In this document: piece by piece, positions 49,691 through 60,959 of the stretch | Numbering within the stretch: the stretch's first letter is position 1 | How the letters are laid out: every line of letters starts with the position of its first letter | Sequence record: MN850609.1 | Strand: one strand, 5' to 3' | DNA from: Escherichia phage dhaeg | Length of the DNA: 64,000 nt | Made by a program: the position numbers and the translations under genes | Notes under the pieces: model-generated | Database searches by the model: none | Told to the model about the DNA's origin: nothing | What the model saw: the letters and a program-made list of their open reading frames with translations, nothing else

Positions 49691-49710
49691 AAAGGGCCTT
49701 GCGGCCCTTT
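49691..49710 (-). terminator. terminator hairpin aaagggcc-ttgc-ggcccttt after gene 8
   Basis: 8-bp stem flanked by T tract directly after the gene 8 stop. Confidence 0.65.
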
Positions 49711-49711
49711 A

Positions 49712-50716
49712 TTAGAATTCGAAGATAATGTTAATTTCTTCGGTTTGGTCCATGGAACGAATAACCGGAGGACGGTTTTCCATATAAATCATTTCACCGG
49801 AGTGGCGGGAGAGGTCTATAACGTCATAGTACTCTTTTTCGGCTTTAATGATCGGGTCTGATGGGTGGGCTTTAGCTTCCAATGGGTTGGAAATTATTGA
49901 AAGTTGTCTAAATCCTTTATTCCCTGGCAAACTAAATTCAGGGAAATAAACTGAATCTAAGAATGCTTTAAAACGAATAGTATTGCCTTTAATACGATAA
50001 ATCAATCCGTAATCGTCTTGTTGCCAAGTGAGGTTATTCTCGTATCCCCAACGTTCAGGGTCTTCAGCAATTTCTTCCGGCCATGGAACTACAATATATT
50101 CATTGGTACAACGGTTGATACTTACATCAGGTGGAATCTCATAAAGATATTCCCAAAGATACCCATCGCCGGTATCAACCATACCTTCGGTATCGCCTTG
50201 TCCTGCTGGAGCTTTAACTGAAGGGACGTTTGCGGTCCATTTACCACCAAGTTTAATACACTCGGTTTTATTATCAAGAGATAAAATAGAGCATGCTCCG
50301 GATTCAGGAACATCCACACAACGATAAACCATCCAACCTGCACCAACATCAGTACGGTTTTGCGGCTGGCTATTCGCCACTACAATTTCACCAATCTGGA
50401 ATGTGAAAGGATTAGGATAAGAGGTATCGCCCCAGTCTTTGCGAGGAACAACACAATCCAACATACTCTTATAAACCTTAACACAACCCATCATGTTTGT
50501 CCAGACGTCCTCTACGCCCTCAGAATCATCTACAGGATACGGTGGAGCAAAGCCTGGGTCGTTTTCGTTAGGAGCCCATGGTTGGGCTCTCCCGAAAGAT
50601 ACATACATCGTGTTCTGGTCTTCACCATCACCGATTGTTCTGTAAAAGTTGTACATCTTTTCCGTTCTAAATTTAGAAGTAACAATAGAACGATATATTA
50701 CTGTTGAATTAATCAT
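49712..50716 (-). CDS. 8: baseplate wedge protein gp8
   Basis: 334 aa from the ATG one codon inside the TTG-initiated listed ORF (T4 gp8 334). Confidence 0.85.
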   Translation of the reverse strand: MINSTVIYRSIVTSKFRTEKMYNFYRTIGDGEDQNTMYVSFGRAQPWAPNENDPGFAPPYPVDDSEGVEDVWTNMMGCVKVYKSMLDCVVPRKDWGDTSYPNPFTFQIGEIVVANSQPQNRTDVGAGWMVYRCVDVPESGACSILSLDNKTECIKLGGKWTANVPSVKAPAGQGDTEGMVDTGDGYLWEYLYEIPPDVSINRCTNEYIVVPWPEEIAEDPERWGYENNLTWQQDDYGLIYRIKGNTIRFKAFLDSVYFPEFSLPGNKGFRQLSIISNPLEAKAHPSDPIIKAEKEYYDVIDLSRHSGEMIYMENRPPVIRSMDQTEEINIIFEF

Positions 50717-53700
50717 CAATTTTTACCTGAGTTGGGTCTTGCGGGTCTCTAGGGTTTCCTATATCAGCTTTAAGTCTGTCATCAACTAAAGCACGCCATT
50801 TTGAAAATGTTACTGCACTTTGGTCAAATAAAGGACTATGCTTTTTAATACGTTCATGAGGTAATTGGCCTTGGAATACAGAGAAATCATTTTCTGCGTC
50901 ATAATCAGCAGGAATATCAAACGGTTCACCTGCTTTAGGTCCAACGTTATAAACCGGGAGCCCTGTTCTAGGGTCTCGTTCTATATTACCATCAAATCCG
51001 ATTACAGCAACTCTATCATACCATTCAGATGGAAGACCTGAGTCCCACTTATAGTTCTTAAGTATATTAATAATGGTTTCCGTGTGCTTTAATGTCAAAC
51101 CGACGTTAACAAACATAGAAAGCAACGTAATCCCTATAAAACCAAATCCTACAGGGTGGACAAATCTCAATACATCATTACGATATCGAGAAGTAGGGAG
51201 GTTGGATTTAATAGTCATAACATAATAAGAACGGTTGCGGTTAATATAATCGATATTGTTACTTAACAATTCTTTACCGCGTACACCCTGCACTATCATA
51301 CCTTTAAATGATGTGCGTTCAGATTTAATCTCTTGACCCACTATAAAACGACCTAAAAGATTATGAATGGTTAAACGCCATTGCAATTTACCATCTTTAT
51401 AATTTCGTTCTATATAAGTAACATTACTTCTTCCTGTAGGGGTATAAATTGTTTGGCCGACAATATCTTCACTGATGTTATCGGATTCTACAATGATATC
51501 ATATTCAATAGAGTTCTTAGACTCTATATCAATTTCGACATCTTCGTTATAAAGCAATTTAAACAGGAACTTATAAGAAGCCTCGGTACCTTTTGTAGAC
51601 CAGAAATCCGATTGACGAGCCTGGAAGAAACGAACCACTTCGTCGCGCTTTTCTTTAGACAGGTAGATATTACGTTTATAGATTTCGGACCACAAATATT
51701 CCCACGAGTCTTCTTCACGAGGATATTGGTTACGAATAAGATTTAATAGGTTATTATAATGAGTGCCAGAGCCATCACTAATAAACTGAAGATAATATTC
51801 GCAGAATTTTTCAAAGTTAGAATCTTGAAGCAAATAACTATCAGGGACCATTTTAACCAATAAAGGACGCAAATCAGGGTCTTGTTCACCTGTTTCTTCT
51901 TTAGGGGTCCATGGGATTTCATGCTCTTGGTTTTGGAGCTCTGCGGTAAACATTATTTCTTTAGGCTTCCAAATTATTCTAACTTCATCTCGAACTCGAT
52001 AATCGAACTCGAAATATCCTACCAATTCACCTGATGATTTGTGAATCATAATACCTGAAGAATATTTTTTAAATCCGCTGAATTCAATGTTAGGGCATGT
52101 TACGGTACAAAAGCCTTTATCCCAAATTTCACGGATAATACGCTCTGGAGAAGAACCACTGTTTAAATCAATAATTTTCTGATATAATGCATCGTTATAA
52201 ACTACCATCGCATGATTACTTGTGGTAATCCAAGAGCGGGTTCCATCGCGTCTAGACCAACTAAAGAATGGTTCGGCGTAATAAGCCATTCGGCCAGGTT
52301 TGAATTCTTTAAAATCTGATTTACTGTTGGCTCTAAAGCTCATCATCAGATAATGTTTATCATGAATCCACTGCTCATCCTTAACGTATTTTACGGCAGA
52401 AGCCACGATAGGGTATTCTAAAGGCAATTCGTTGTCAACTTCCACCTCGTATTTGAAGTTACTTGAGCTAAAGAATATTTCTTCACCGTCTGTAGACATG
52501 CTGGTATAACCATGCTCAATACGACGTCTCTCTTCTTCAGTATTACCAAATACTCTGGTCCATGTATCAGTTTCAGCATCCAACCAATAAACGCCTTTAG
52601 ATTCAGAATCAACCACGTTTTCTTCTTTAGTAGGGTCCATTCTTTCTTCTTTAACTTCACCCGTAATTAAGGCAAAAGTATTTCCTTGAATAGAGTCCAA
52701 TTTATAACAAACTGCTTTAGGGTTGCCGGTTATGGTCGAATATCCACTTTCAAATATTTTTTCACCATAAGTAGGAGAACCTGGGTCGGTATCAATAGGC
52801 GCATCGGTGGTTTTTGCTTTATAAACTCTGTCTCTAGCAGCCACGTAAATAAAATCATCCGAAGCACACATTGCCTCTGCTATAGTAGAAATAGCTAATG
52901 GTAAACGGGCATAAGAACCAAAAATTTCAATTTCAAAATCAAGGTCGATATCACTACCAATTTTAGCAAATGTCACGTCTTGTGAGCTAAAACGTACATC
53001 GTCAGCAGACCATCTGATATCGCTCGATTTACGTCCGTAAAATATACGGTCATAACCTAAAACATAAGTTGTGGTGTCCGTTTGGTAATGGGCCGTACGT
53101 GAAACCGGGTTACCTACTCGGTCATTAAACAAACGAATATAGTGCCAGTTTTGAGCTTTGTCATTAGATACCTTAGCAGTGTTCTGAAATCTTTCTAAAA
53201 GATAAAGTACACCACCAAGCTCCATTAAAATGGAACGATTAGGGTCCTTACATACGGCTTGAATACTTCCTTGAATCTCATGAAAGCGGTCAGCCTTTAA
53301 TACATAATTAGAAATTGAAGAAAGGTGAGAATACGATGGAGTCCAAGTAAAATCCTCTGTCATCATAGAAGCCATAATGGCATCACTATTAAAATCCACG
53401 TAATTCTGGTTATTTTTGGTAAATTTTTCTTCAATGAATTTATTGGATAAAGTGAATTCTCGCATATGCTCGAAGGTATATGCGTTGGTAGAAAATGTCT
53501 CGAATTCTTCTGTATAAACCCATTCAGATTGTTCAAATCCTTGAGCAGCTACAGCGACACGCATTTTATAAAACGAATTAGGAGAAATAAATCTTTCTTC
53601 GAACCAGTTATTGTTCGGGGTGTAACCTAAATTTCTCCAAAATAACTTATCATCGGGTATAGATTCACCCGCATCCTTGGTTTGGGCCAGTTCTACGAAA

Positions 53701-53801
53701 TAATAGAAATTGGCGCCTACGTCATCCCAAAGAATACTTACATGGTTAGCCGAGAGTTTATCAATTCTCAAACTAGTAACGGAAGGCGCTTGCACAGACA
53801 T
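50709..53801 (-). CDS. 7: baseplate wedge protein gp7
   Basis: 1030 aa (T4 gp7 1032). Confidence 0.9.
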   Translation of the reverse strand: MSVQAPSVTSLRIDKLSANHVSILWDDVGANFYYFVELAQTKDAGESIPDDKLFWRNLGYTPNNNWFEERFISPNSFYKMRVAVAAQGFEQSEWVYTEEFETFSTNAYTFEHMREFTLSNKFIEEKFTKNNQNYVDFNSDAIMASMMTEDFTWTPSYSHLSSISNYVLKADRFHEIQGSIQAVCKDPNRSILMELGGVLYLLERFQNTAKVSNDKAQNWHYIRLFNDRVGNPVSRTAHYQTDTTTYVLGYDRIFYGRKSSDIRWSADDVRFSSQDVTFAKIGSDIDLDFEIEIFGSYARLPLAISTIAEAMCASDDFIYVAARDRVYKAKTTDAPIDTDPGSPTYGEKIFESGYSTITGNPKAVCYKLDSIQGNTFALITGEVKEERMDPTKEENVVDSESKGVYWLDAETDTWTRVFGNTEEERRRIEHGYTSMSTDGEEIFFSSSNFKYEVEVDNELPLEYPIVASAVKYVKDEQWIHDKHYLMMSFRANSKSDFKEFKPGRMAYYAEPFFSWSRRDGTRSWITTSNHAMVVYNDALYQKIIDLNSGSSPERIIREIWDKGFCTVTCPNIEFSGFKKYSSGIMIHKSSGELVGYFEFDYRVRDEVRIIWKPKEIMFTAELQNQEHEIPWTPKEETGEQDPDLRPLLVKMVPDSYLLQDSNFEKFCEYYLQFISDGSGTHYNNLLNLIRNQYPREEDSWEYLWSEIYKRNIYLSKEKRDEVVRFFQARQSDFWSTKGTEASYKFLFKLLYNEDVEIDIESKNSIEYDIIVESDNISEDIVGQTIYTPTGRSNVTYIERNYKDGKLQWRLTIHNLLGRFIVGQEIKSERTSFKGMIVQGVRGKELLSNNIDYINRNRSYYVMTIKSNLPTSRYRNDVLRFVHPVGFGFIGITLLSMFVNVGLTLKHTETIINILKNYKWDSGLPSEWYDRVAVIGFDGNIERDPRTGLPVYNVGPKAGEPFDIPADYDAENDFSVFQGQLPHERIKKHSPLFDQSAVTFSKWRALVDDRLKADIGNPRDPQDPTQVKIDD

Positions 53802-53813
53802 TAAATCTCCTCA

Positions 53814-53831
53814 AAGCCTCCTAAGAGGCTT
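53814..53831 (-). other. intergenic hairpin aagcctc-NNNN-gaggctt between genes 6 and 7
   Basis: 7-bp stem overlapping the gene 6 stop and just upstream of the gene 7 SD. Confidence 0.4.
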
Positions 53832-55788
53832 ATATTGTAATAGGTTCTAATTCAATGGTCGTGTATTGAGGGCGGAGGTCATCTTCAAATACGATTAATG
53901 AACCATCTTTTGTAAAGATGTTATCTTGGTCAGGTCCCGCATAAAGTTCTATAGATTGAACTTCAAAACGGTCGGACGTTAAACCAATAGCCGCGATGTC
54001 CCAGAAAATGAAATCTGAATAATAATCGATTTCACCTATAACGTAATAAACGGATTGGTCTGCAGGAGCAGGCATTTTATCAAAGTCATTTCCTGTATAT
54101 GGTTTAATATATTGGTTTTCAATTACATCTCCTGGACGGAAAGGCCCAATAACCATTTTACCATCACCACGTTCGTCTTTATCTGTAGCGGCAATTCGTA
54201 CATTATATGCCGGGTGGTCTTCAGAAACGTTAGTAGGGACAAACTCAAATTCACTAGAAACCACAGAACGGTTAGTGTATTGATTATAGTATTTAATACC
54301 TGACTCAGGAGTTTTGAAAAAGTTCAATACCTCACGAACCATTGTTATGGTAGCAGAGGAGCCTAAAATACTATGGTCAGCATTATCAATATAAGTCAGC
54401 ATTTTTGACTTAGCGAATCCGTGGTTAAAAATTTCTACTTCGTTAATATAATAACGGTCTATCTGAGAAAGAATTTGGGCCGATAACCACTGTTCAGATT
54501 CCTGTAATTTATTCAAGGCATACGATACCTTAATTTTATGCTTTAAGAACAAATAATCGGGAGAAATAACAGAAGCGGTAATAGGGGCTAAGTTAAATTC
54601 TTTTAGATAGTCTTGGATATCTTCACGTTGGACCGCGGTCAAATATAGCCCTGATTTAGGTTTAATGGTGACAAAAGCATAACCGGGTTTATTTGGGTCT
54701 GTAAAGGTTTGTACTGCTTGCACGATAGAACCAAAACGTTCGGATACGAATGTATCGTAGTCGGTTCCTGTTACAGCACGCATCTGGGCTTCACGCTTAA
54801 CTACAGCCAATTCACGGATTCGTTCAATATCTTCAGGGTCGCCACCACCATCAGCACCCACATAATCAGGGTCGTCGTTATAGTTTTCAGTAATTTTTTC
54901 TACAGTAATATAAGCCAAGGAGTCAGCATAACTGAAGTCCACCGCACCGTTAGCAACTTCACCATCTGTACGAAGATATTCGATGACGATAGTAGAATCT
55001 TTAACAGGTTTTAGGCCGCCGATATAATTAGCTTCCAATACTCCACCCGCAACAGATTTCTCGGCTTCACCCTCACCAAAGAAGAATTCTGTATTACCAT
55101 CTACGGTTTCACGCATATAATAAATTGTTGAAGTACTGCCAGCGTGGACCATTGATTTATTGGTCCAGTTAATCCATTCTGAGCCATCAACGTAAAGTCT
55201 AACTTCTTGTCTATCAATATCAGGGTCACGAATAAGAATAGGAGTTTTAGGGTCATATTTAAGTTCAGTACGAATAATACGTCCCTGGGCCAAAGAAACA
55301 ATAGGCCAATACTGATTATTAACGTCTCGCACTGCGATAACGTTATCAGTTGTCACAAAAGAATATGGGTCTGCTGATGTATCACGTGCATAAGCCAAGA
55401 ATTTGGTACCTCTAGGGATACGAATATTCTTTTCATTAAGGGCTTGCGTGCATGTGAGCATTACCGTAGTTTTAGCTGCAGACTTAGAACTAGGGAGATA
55501 TCCATTGTCTTGTGCAGCTTGGACAACAGAAGAACGAAGGTTTGCTGTTCCTATAAAAGATTCGTATAAAGCTGTGTTAGCAAATTGCTGCATATAAAGG
55601 GTATTATAAGCAAGCATATCAATAAGGATATTCATTCGAGAACCAACGAAATCATAATCCTTAAATTCGTCCTGGCTGGAAAGCCAGTCTATAATATTCT
55701 TTTTAATTTCTTCAAACGTAGCTCCCACAAATACTTTTGGGATAGCGTTAACGGTTCTTGTTAATTGGTAATTCGTAGGAGTAGCCAT
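53830..55788 (-). CDS. 6: baseplate wedge protein gp6
   Basis: 652 aa (T4 gp6 660). Confidence 0.9.
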   Translation of the reverse strand: MATPTNYQLTRTVNAIPKVFVGATFEEIKKNIIDWLSSQDEFKDYDFVGSRMNILIDMLAYNTLYMQQFANTALYESFIGTANLRSSVVQAAQDNGYLPSSKSAAKTTVMLTCTQALNEKNIRIPRGTKFLAYARDTSADPYSFVTTDNVIAVRDVNNQYWPIVSLAQGRIIRTELKYDPKTPILIRDPDIDRQEVRLYVDGSEWINWTNKSMVHAGSTSTIYYMRETVDGNTEFFFGEGEAEKSVAGGVLEANYIGGLKPVKDSTIVIEYLRTDGEVANGAVDFSYADSLAYITVEKITENYNDDPDYVGADGGGDPEDIERIRELAVVKREAQMRAVTGTDYDTFVSERFGSIVQAVQTFTDPNKPGYAFVTIKPKSGLYLTAVQREDIQDYLKEFNLAPITASVISPDYLFLKHKIKVSYALNKLQESEQWLSAQILSQIDRYYINEVEIFNHGFAKSKMLTYIDNADHSILGSSATITMVREVLNFFKTPESGIKYYNQYTNRSVVSSEFEFVPTNVSEDHPAYNVRIAATDKDERGDGKMVIGPFRPGDVIENQYIKPYTGNDFDKMPAPADQSVYYVIGEIDYYSDFIFWDIAAIGLTSDRFEVQSIELYAGPDQDNIFTKDGSLIVFEDDLRPQYTTIELEPITI

Positions 55789-55796
55789 TTTAATTC

Positions 55797-56090
55797 CTAT
55801 TTTATGAATACTTTAGATGAGGCTTGTGCGACTGTATCACCGCACGAAATAGGGTCTGCCATCTGGACAGCCTTTTTGCCTGTAACATATACCTTTGATG
55901 TTCTAGGTTGGGTTACCCCACCGTGGGTTTCATATGGTTTTTTAATTTCTGTATGAGGAGTTATTGGGTCCCCATCGACTAATACAGGAATGCCGCCTGT
56001 AAATACTTTACCCTGGGTGGCATTTATTACTGTAGGAGGCCATGCTTCATGACCTGCGGTTACGCATTGGTTATAACTTAAGCCCGACAT
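55797..56090 (-). CDS. 5.4: PAAR-repeat spike-tip protein gp5.4
   Basis: 97 aa (T4 gp5.4 is 97 aa); between the gp5 region and gene 6. Confidence 0.8.
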   Translation of the reverse strand: MSGLSYNQCVTAGHEAWPPTVINATQGKVFTGGIPVLVDGDPITPHTEIKKPYETHGGVTQPRTSKVYVTGKKAVQMADPISCGDTVAQASSKVFIK

Positions 56091-56647
56091 TATGGCCTCG
56101 CATATACATATTCTCTGAGTTGATTAGCCCATTTGCTCCAATTACCCACTATAACCTTGGTATAAACCTTAGTAAGGGTTTTTCTTACTGGTGCTGGAGG
56201 AGGGTCGGTTTCGCTACCGGCTCTAGAATTACTTCCTCCTGAGCTCCCTGTATCACCTCCTGATGACTCTTCCTGAAAGTCATAGATTAATGTGACAGTA
56301 TAGGAAAAAGTCTTCTGAAGATTACCAGGGGCTTTCCAGAGGTATAATTGAGTGCTCTTGTCCTCTGGTAAATCTTTCCATGAACCTGCTGTTTTAAATT
56401 CATCACCTAATCGATATTTTAACGCATCTTCAGAGAATCCAAATACCGATTCATAGGTTCCGTATAAACGAGCCCCATCGACAATAATGCCTTCTGTTGG
56501 CTCATATTCTGTTATATTTATTTCAACTAATGTTTCGTTTGTTTCTAATTGAGCGGTAAACGTAACATCGATTGAGGCTCCTTCCATGGAGTCTCCTAAA
56601 TCAGTGCTCATAGGTAAAATATTAGCCAATGTCAATCCTCGAACCAT
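56090..56647 (-). CDS. gp5.1-like protein with Gly/Ser-rich linker
   Basis: Listed ORF opens on TTG; likely ATG 8 or 20 codons in; overlaps the gene 5 3' end; contains [18 protein letters not shown] linker; called by position. Confidence 0.5.
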   Translation of the reverse strand: MVRGLTLANILPMSTDLGDSMEGASIDVTFTAQLETNETLVEINITEYEPTEGIIVDGARLYGTYESVFGFSEDALKYRLGDEFKTAGSWKDLPEDKSTQLYLWKAPGNLQKTFSYTVTLIYDFQEESSGGDTGSSGGSNSRAGSETDPPPAPVRKTLTKVYTKVIVGNWSKWANQLREYVYARP

Positions 56648-58364
56648 CAATAGTATATTGACCGGATGCAATAGAACTCATAGTCGACATAGTTTCAGAC
56701 CAATTACCAGCAACGGTCATATCAACGTTTCCGTTTACCGACCATTTAACGTTTCCATTTACTGTATAATCATGGTTGCCTTCAACTAATGTTTTTGCAT
56801 CACCTTTAACAGTTATATCAGCATTGCCTTCAACAATAACCGTAACATTTCCTTTAACAATAAGGGTTCCGTCGCCTTCTACCGTTTTGGTTTCGTTACC
56901 ACGAATATGGATGCTTTCAGAACCGTCAGTTTGACGTCGAACGTTTGCCATATTATAATAGGTTTCATCACCACCTATATTGACTTTATTATTACCGCCA
57001 ACATAAGTATTAGAATCGCCTTGGGTCATATAATATCCGTCGGCTACGGTCTTAGAAGTTTTACGTCCATCAGGAGCAACTTCTTCATAACTACCTGTAG
57101 GGTGAATTAATCGGTAACGTTCTTGCCCTGGTGTGTTATCGAATTCTTGGATATGCCCACCTTCAGTTTGCATGGTTTGGACATATGGATATTCGCCTTT
57201 ATAACTGGAATCCGGCTCTTTAAAAAGAATCCTTGTATCTTCTGGAGTCCATGGGTCGGCTGGGTCTGAATTTGTAGGGGCTGCAAAGGTTTGAATCATC
57301 CTATAAGAACGGCCATTAAATTCTCTTTCTTTAGGGGCCATAATACCGTATGATTCCATATTACCGGTAAGGATAATCATTGATACCCTTGAGGCACGTC
57401 CCTTAGTTTGGTTAAACCATACTGAATTACGAGCTTCCTCAAATGCCTTTTTATAATCGCCTATTAACATAGCACTGAGCATACCACGGAATTTAGCAAG
57501 TCCACCTAAACCCATTTGGAAAGCCATGTTTTCAAGAGCCATTTGTCTTGAACGGTTTTCTTTATTGTAAACCGGACCTACAACACTATGCCTACCTATA
57601 TCGTTTTGAACTTTTTTAAGGTCTTCCTGGAATAACTTAGAAGCCTCGTCCATTGATATTGCACCTGGATTACCTTTAACTTCTCGACCTATTTGATTAG
57701 ATAATATTTTGTTTATCTGGGTCATATCTCTAATAGGTTGTGGAGTAATAAGGTGGCCTATACCAATAGTAGGGTATCCTTCGGTGTCCCAATATACCTT
57801 CAGTCTAAGCCCTTCATCACGATGAAGCATGTTTTCTATTGTGAAATTAGGATTATCATCAGGCTTAACTTGGCTTAAATCCAAACCGTCAGGATTAATA
57901 CCTACATCAGTGTTTGCATCTTGTATTACGTTAGAAGTGGCATCATATCCAACTTCACCACCTCGGTTTAGTGCAGCGGCATCATTACCTAAATAAAGCG
58001 GATACTGCCCTGTAGGGTCACTAAAACCTTCGTTTGGATTTGCCTTTTGTTTTGATGCTGAACCGTACGTACCAAGGACAAGCCCGTTTAATTTCCACTT
58101 ATCAAGAAAATGGCCATAAACTTGTGTACCAGGGACCATACCAGTCATAGCGGTTTGGATACCGGAAACAGAGGCAGAAGATGTAGGCATTAATACCGAC
58201 ATCCATGGTAAATCTTCCGTACGAAGGCCTTTTACAGGGCCCTGTACTTTTTCATACGGGTGCATACCCCATACGCGTACGCGTACACGACCTTGTTGGA
58301 GTGGGTCCATTCGGTCTTCAACTACACCGACGAACCAACTTACGTTATCAGACATGTTAATCAT
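56622..58364 (-). CDS. 5: baseplate hub spike protein with lysozyme domain (gp5)
   Basis: 580 aa (T4 gp5 575); lysozyme segment DTEGYPTIGIGHLI (T4 lysozyme DTEGYYTIGIGHLL); C-terminal V-x-G-N repeats of the beta-helix needle. Confidence 0.95.
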   Translation of the reverse strand: MINMSDNVSWFVGVVEDRMDPLQQGRVRVRVWGMHPYEKVQGPVKGLRTEDLPWMSVLMPTSSASVSGIQTAMTGMVPGTQVYGHFLDKWKLNGLVLGTYGSASKQKANPNEGFSDPTGQYPLYLGNDAAALNRGGEVGYDATSNVIQDANTDVGINPDGLDLSQVKPDDNPNFTIENMLHRDEGLRLKVYWDTEGYPTIGIGHLITPQPIRDMTQINKILSNQIGREVKGNPGAISMDEASKLFQEDLKKVQNDIGRHSVVGPVYNKENRSRQMALENMAFQMGLGGLAKFRGMLSAMLIGDYKKAFEEARNSVWFNQTKGRASRVSMIILTGNMESYGIMAPKEREFNGRSYRMIQTFAAPTNSDPADPWTPEDTRILFKEPDSSYKGEYPYVQTMQTEGGHIQEFDNTPGQERYRLIHPTGSYEEVAPDGRKTSKTVADGYYMTQGDSNTYVGGNNKVNIGGDETYYNMANVRRQTDGSESIHIRGNETKTVEGDGTLIVKGNVTVIVEGNADITVKGDAKTLVEGNHDYTVNGNVKWSVNGNVDMTVAGNWSETMSTMSSIASGQYTIDGSRIDIG

Positions 58365-58966
58365 TAGAGGGCTTTCTCCATTTCACGAATAAGGGCAGAA
58401 ATAAAAGACTCAATATCATTAGGGTCAATAATCTTTATTTCGCGCTTATATTCATTTTTACGAATGGCATCCTCGTAAATATCTACTGCGGCTAATGGAC
58501 CTTCGTATTGAGGATAACGTTTTTCTGTATCGCCTTTATCATACCAAGTATACGGATTTTCCGGTGTGTTGACAAGATTCCAGAATTTCTCACCTTTTTC
58601 GTTTACATGGTAAAGGACCTGGTTTCCGCCGTCGGTAGAATATCTTTGGATTGCCGCTTGATATGCTGCTTCTTGCCCGGTAATCCATCCATAATAAGGG
58701 TCATATATATTGTTGCACATAAGTAGAACCCAATATAATTGGACATTGCCATAAAGAAGATGGGCCAATTCTTCTGGACGAGGGGCCCCATTGATATAAT
58801 AAGTCTTTAGTGTATAATTTTTAGCCACTTTATCAAAATATTCTTTATAATTTCTAAATATATCAGTCATCGGCACGCTCAATACATCGGCATTTGTTAA
58901 TGAGCCCGAATCCGGCTTGACTGTTTTTGATTCGTAATCGATAGGATCGAAAAATGAGAAGAGCAT
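58364..58966 (-). CDS. 53: baseplate wedge protein gp53
   Basis: 200 aa (T4 gp53 196); precedes gene 5. Confidence 0.85.
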   Translation of the reverse strand: MLFSFFDPIDYESKTVKPDSGSLTNADVLSVPMTDIFRNYKEYFDKVAKNYTLKTYYINGAPRPEELAHLLYGNVQLYWVLLMCNNIYDPYYGWITGQEAAYQAAIQRYSTDGGNQVLYHVNEKGEKFWNLVNTPENPYTWYDKGDTEKRYPQYEGPLAAVDIYEDAIRKNEYKREIKIIDPNDIESFISALIREMEKAL

Positions 58967-58978
58967 AGGGCCTCCGAG

Positions 58979-59001
58979 TATAAATAATATTAATATTTAT
59001 A
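58979..59001. promoter_or_regulatory. divergent late promoter pair between genes 53 and 4
   Basis: tataaata at about 58979-58986 (plus, gene 4) and tatttata at about 58994-59001 (minus-strand TATAAATA, gene 53) in a 46-nt intergenic region. Confidence 0.6.
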
Positions 59002-59012
59002 AGGAGGCAACT

Positions 59013-59462
59013 ATGGCTTACTCAGGGAAATTTAAACCTACAAACTTACAAAAATATAAAGGTGACTGGAAGAAAATCCAATATCGTTCCTCTTGGGAAG
59101 CATGGCTAATGAGATGGCTTGATAATCATCCTAATGTAGTCCAATGGAATTCAGAAGAGGTTGTGATTCCATATTTTTGTAATGCTGAAGGAAAGAAACG
59201 TCGATATTATATGGACTTCTGGGTTAAGTTTGATAATGGTCAACAATTCTTTTTTGAAGTCAAACCTTTTAAAGAGACCCACCCTCCAGCGATTCCGGTA
59301 AAAATGACCACTGCCGCTAAAAAGAGATATATTAACGAACATTATACTTGGTCTGTGAATAGTGACAAGTGGAAAGCCGCTAAAGCTACCGCAGATAAAA
59401 TGGGTATCAACTTTAGATTGATTACCGAACATTCACTGAAAAAATTAGGATGGAAAGGATGA
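59013..59462 (+). CDS. 4: head completion protein gp4
   Basis: 149 aa (T4 gp4 150); GGAGG SD; order 53 / 4-2-3-1. Confidence 0.8.
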   Translation: MAYSGKFKPTNLQKYKGDWKKIQYRSSWEAWLMRWLDNHPNVVQWNSEEVVIPYFCNAEGKKRRYYMDFWVKFDNGQQFFFEVKPFKETHPPAIPVKMTTAAKKRYINEHYTWSVNSDKWKAAKATADKMGINFRLITEHSLKKLGWKG

Positions 59463-60286
59463 GTATATTTTCCTACATCAATGAGGCCACTGAAACCACA
59501 AAAGGTTCTAAGCCTACTCGTTCAGAGCAACAATGGATAGCTTTAGGTGTTGAATATGCCAAAGCTAAGGCCAAAGGTGTCTCGTCTAAGAAATTCGCTG
59601 AAGATAAAGGCATTAAGTATTCTAGCTTTACATCTGCGATGTCTCGATACTCGAGTCGAATTAAAACTGCCGTACAGGTCGAAAAACTTCAGAAGAAACC
59701 TGGCAATAAATTGACCAAAGCCGAACGTCAATTAATTTTGGTGAATAGTTTTAGAAAGAGTATTCGTGATAAGATTGCTAACGAAGGCGCTGCTGTAAAC
59801 AATAAATCAGCTAAATGGTTTACAGAAACATTAAAGAAAGGAATTCGTGGACACCAGGTATCTAAACCATCTCCTGGTAAGCTTTATGCTTATATCTATG
59901 ATGCTAAACACAAGGACACATTACCCTACTGGGACAAATATCCTTTAATCATTTATCTTGGGCTCGGTAAGCATAATCTGATGTATGGGTTGAACTTACA
60001 CTATATTCCGCCTAAAGCACGCCAACAATTTCTAGAAGAATTGCTGAAGCAATACGCGAGTACGCCTACCATTACGAACTCGACCAAATTAAAAATTGAT
60101 TGGAGTAAGGTAAAAGGATTTGCTGGTGCTGACGCGATGATTAAGGCTTATATCCCTGGAAATATCAAGGGACCTTTAGTAGAGATAAAACCTTCTGATT
60201 GGGCTAATGTCGTAATGATGCCTCTCCAGCAGTTCATGTCTAAAGGTAAGCGTTACTCAGCTCAGAAAGTATGGAAGAACGCATAA
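59459..60286 (+). CDS. 2: DNA end protector protein gp2
   Basis: About 275 aa from the ATG overlapping the gene 4 stop (ATGA), with GGAAAGG SD (T4 gp2 274). Confidence 0.8.
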   Translation: MSIFSYINEATETTKGSKPTRSEQQWIALGVEYAKAKAKGVSSKKFAEDKGIKYSSFTSAMSRYSSRIKTAVQVEKLQKKPGNKLTKAERQLILVNSFRKSIRDKIANEGAAVNNKSAKWFTETLKKGIRGHQVSKPSPGKLYAYIYDAKHKDTLPYWDKYPLIIYLGLGKHNLMYGLNLHYIPPKARQQFLEELLKQYASTPTITNSTKLKIDWSKVKGFAGADAMIKAYIPGNIKGPLVEIKPSDWANVVMMPLQQFMSKGKRYSAQKVWKNA

Positions 60287-60368
60287 TCTATTATCCCAGC
60301 CAGTTATTGAATGGAACAGACCTAGGACCATTATACACTGTCTGGGACTTAAGCAATATAGGAATCCT

Positions 60369-60959
60369 ATGAACGGTTTATTTAACCAAACTAACACTAC
60401 CAACTTTATCTTAGAGGTTAGTGACTCAGGAATGACGCAGTCATTCAAATTGAACGTACAAGATGTAACACTACCGGGTATCCATATTCCTATCTCAGAC
60501 GTCCCCGGATCGACCCAGGGCATACATCGTGCTAAGCTGCCAGGTTCTACAGTAGAATTCGATCCCTTGATTGTAAACTTTCTTGTAGACCGTGAGTTGA
60601 AATCATGGATGGACGTTTATAAATGGATGCTATCATTAAACAACTATGTAACACATGAATCCGAAGCCTGGCATCCTAAAGGCTTGCCTGAAGCGATTAC
60701 CCTCCATATCCTTGATAACAACAAACAGAAAATCGTAATGAGCATTCATTACTACGGCGGTTGGCCATCCGACTTATCGGAAATCCAATACTCGTATAAA
60801 GAAGATTCTGACCCTGCTATAATCGCTACGGCAACATTCAACTTCAAGTCGTTTGCTGTAGAAATAGATGGTACAATAGTTACAGGTCGTCCACAAATTG
60901 ATTCGTATGCCGAACAACGTGTGGCTCGTATGTCTATGCATCCATCTATGAGAAAATAA
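60369..60959 (+). CDS. 3: tail tube terminator / sheath stabiliser gp3
   Basis: 196 aa (T4 gp3 176); called by position between 2 and 1. Confidence 0.7.
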   Translation: MNGLFNQTNTTNFILEVSDSGMTQSFKLNVQDVTLPGIHIPISDVPGSTQGIHRAKLPGSTVEFDPLIVNFLVDRELKSWMDVYKWMLSLNNYVTHESEAWHPKGLPEAITLHILDNNKQKIVMSIHYYGGWPSDLSEIQYSYKEDSDPAIIATATFNFKSFAVEIDGTIVTGRPQIDSYAEQRVARMSMHPSMRK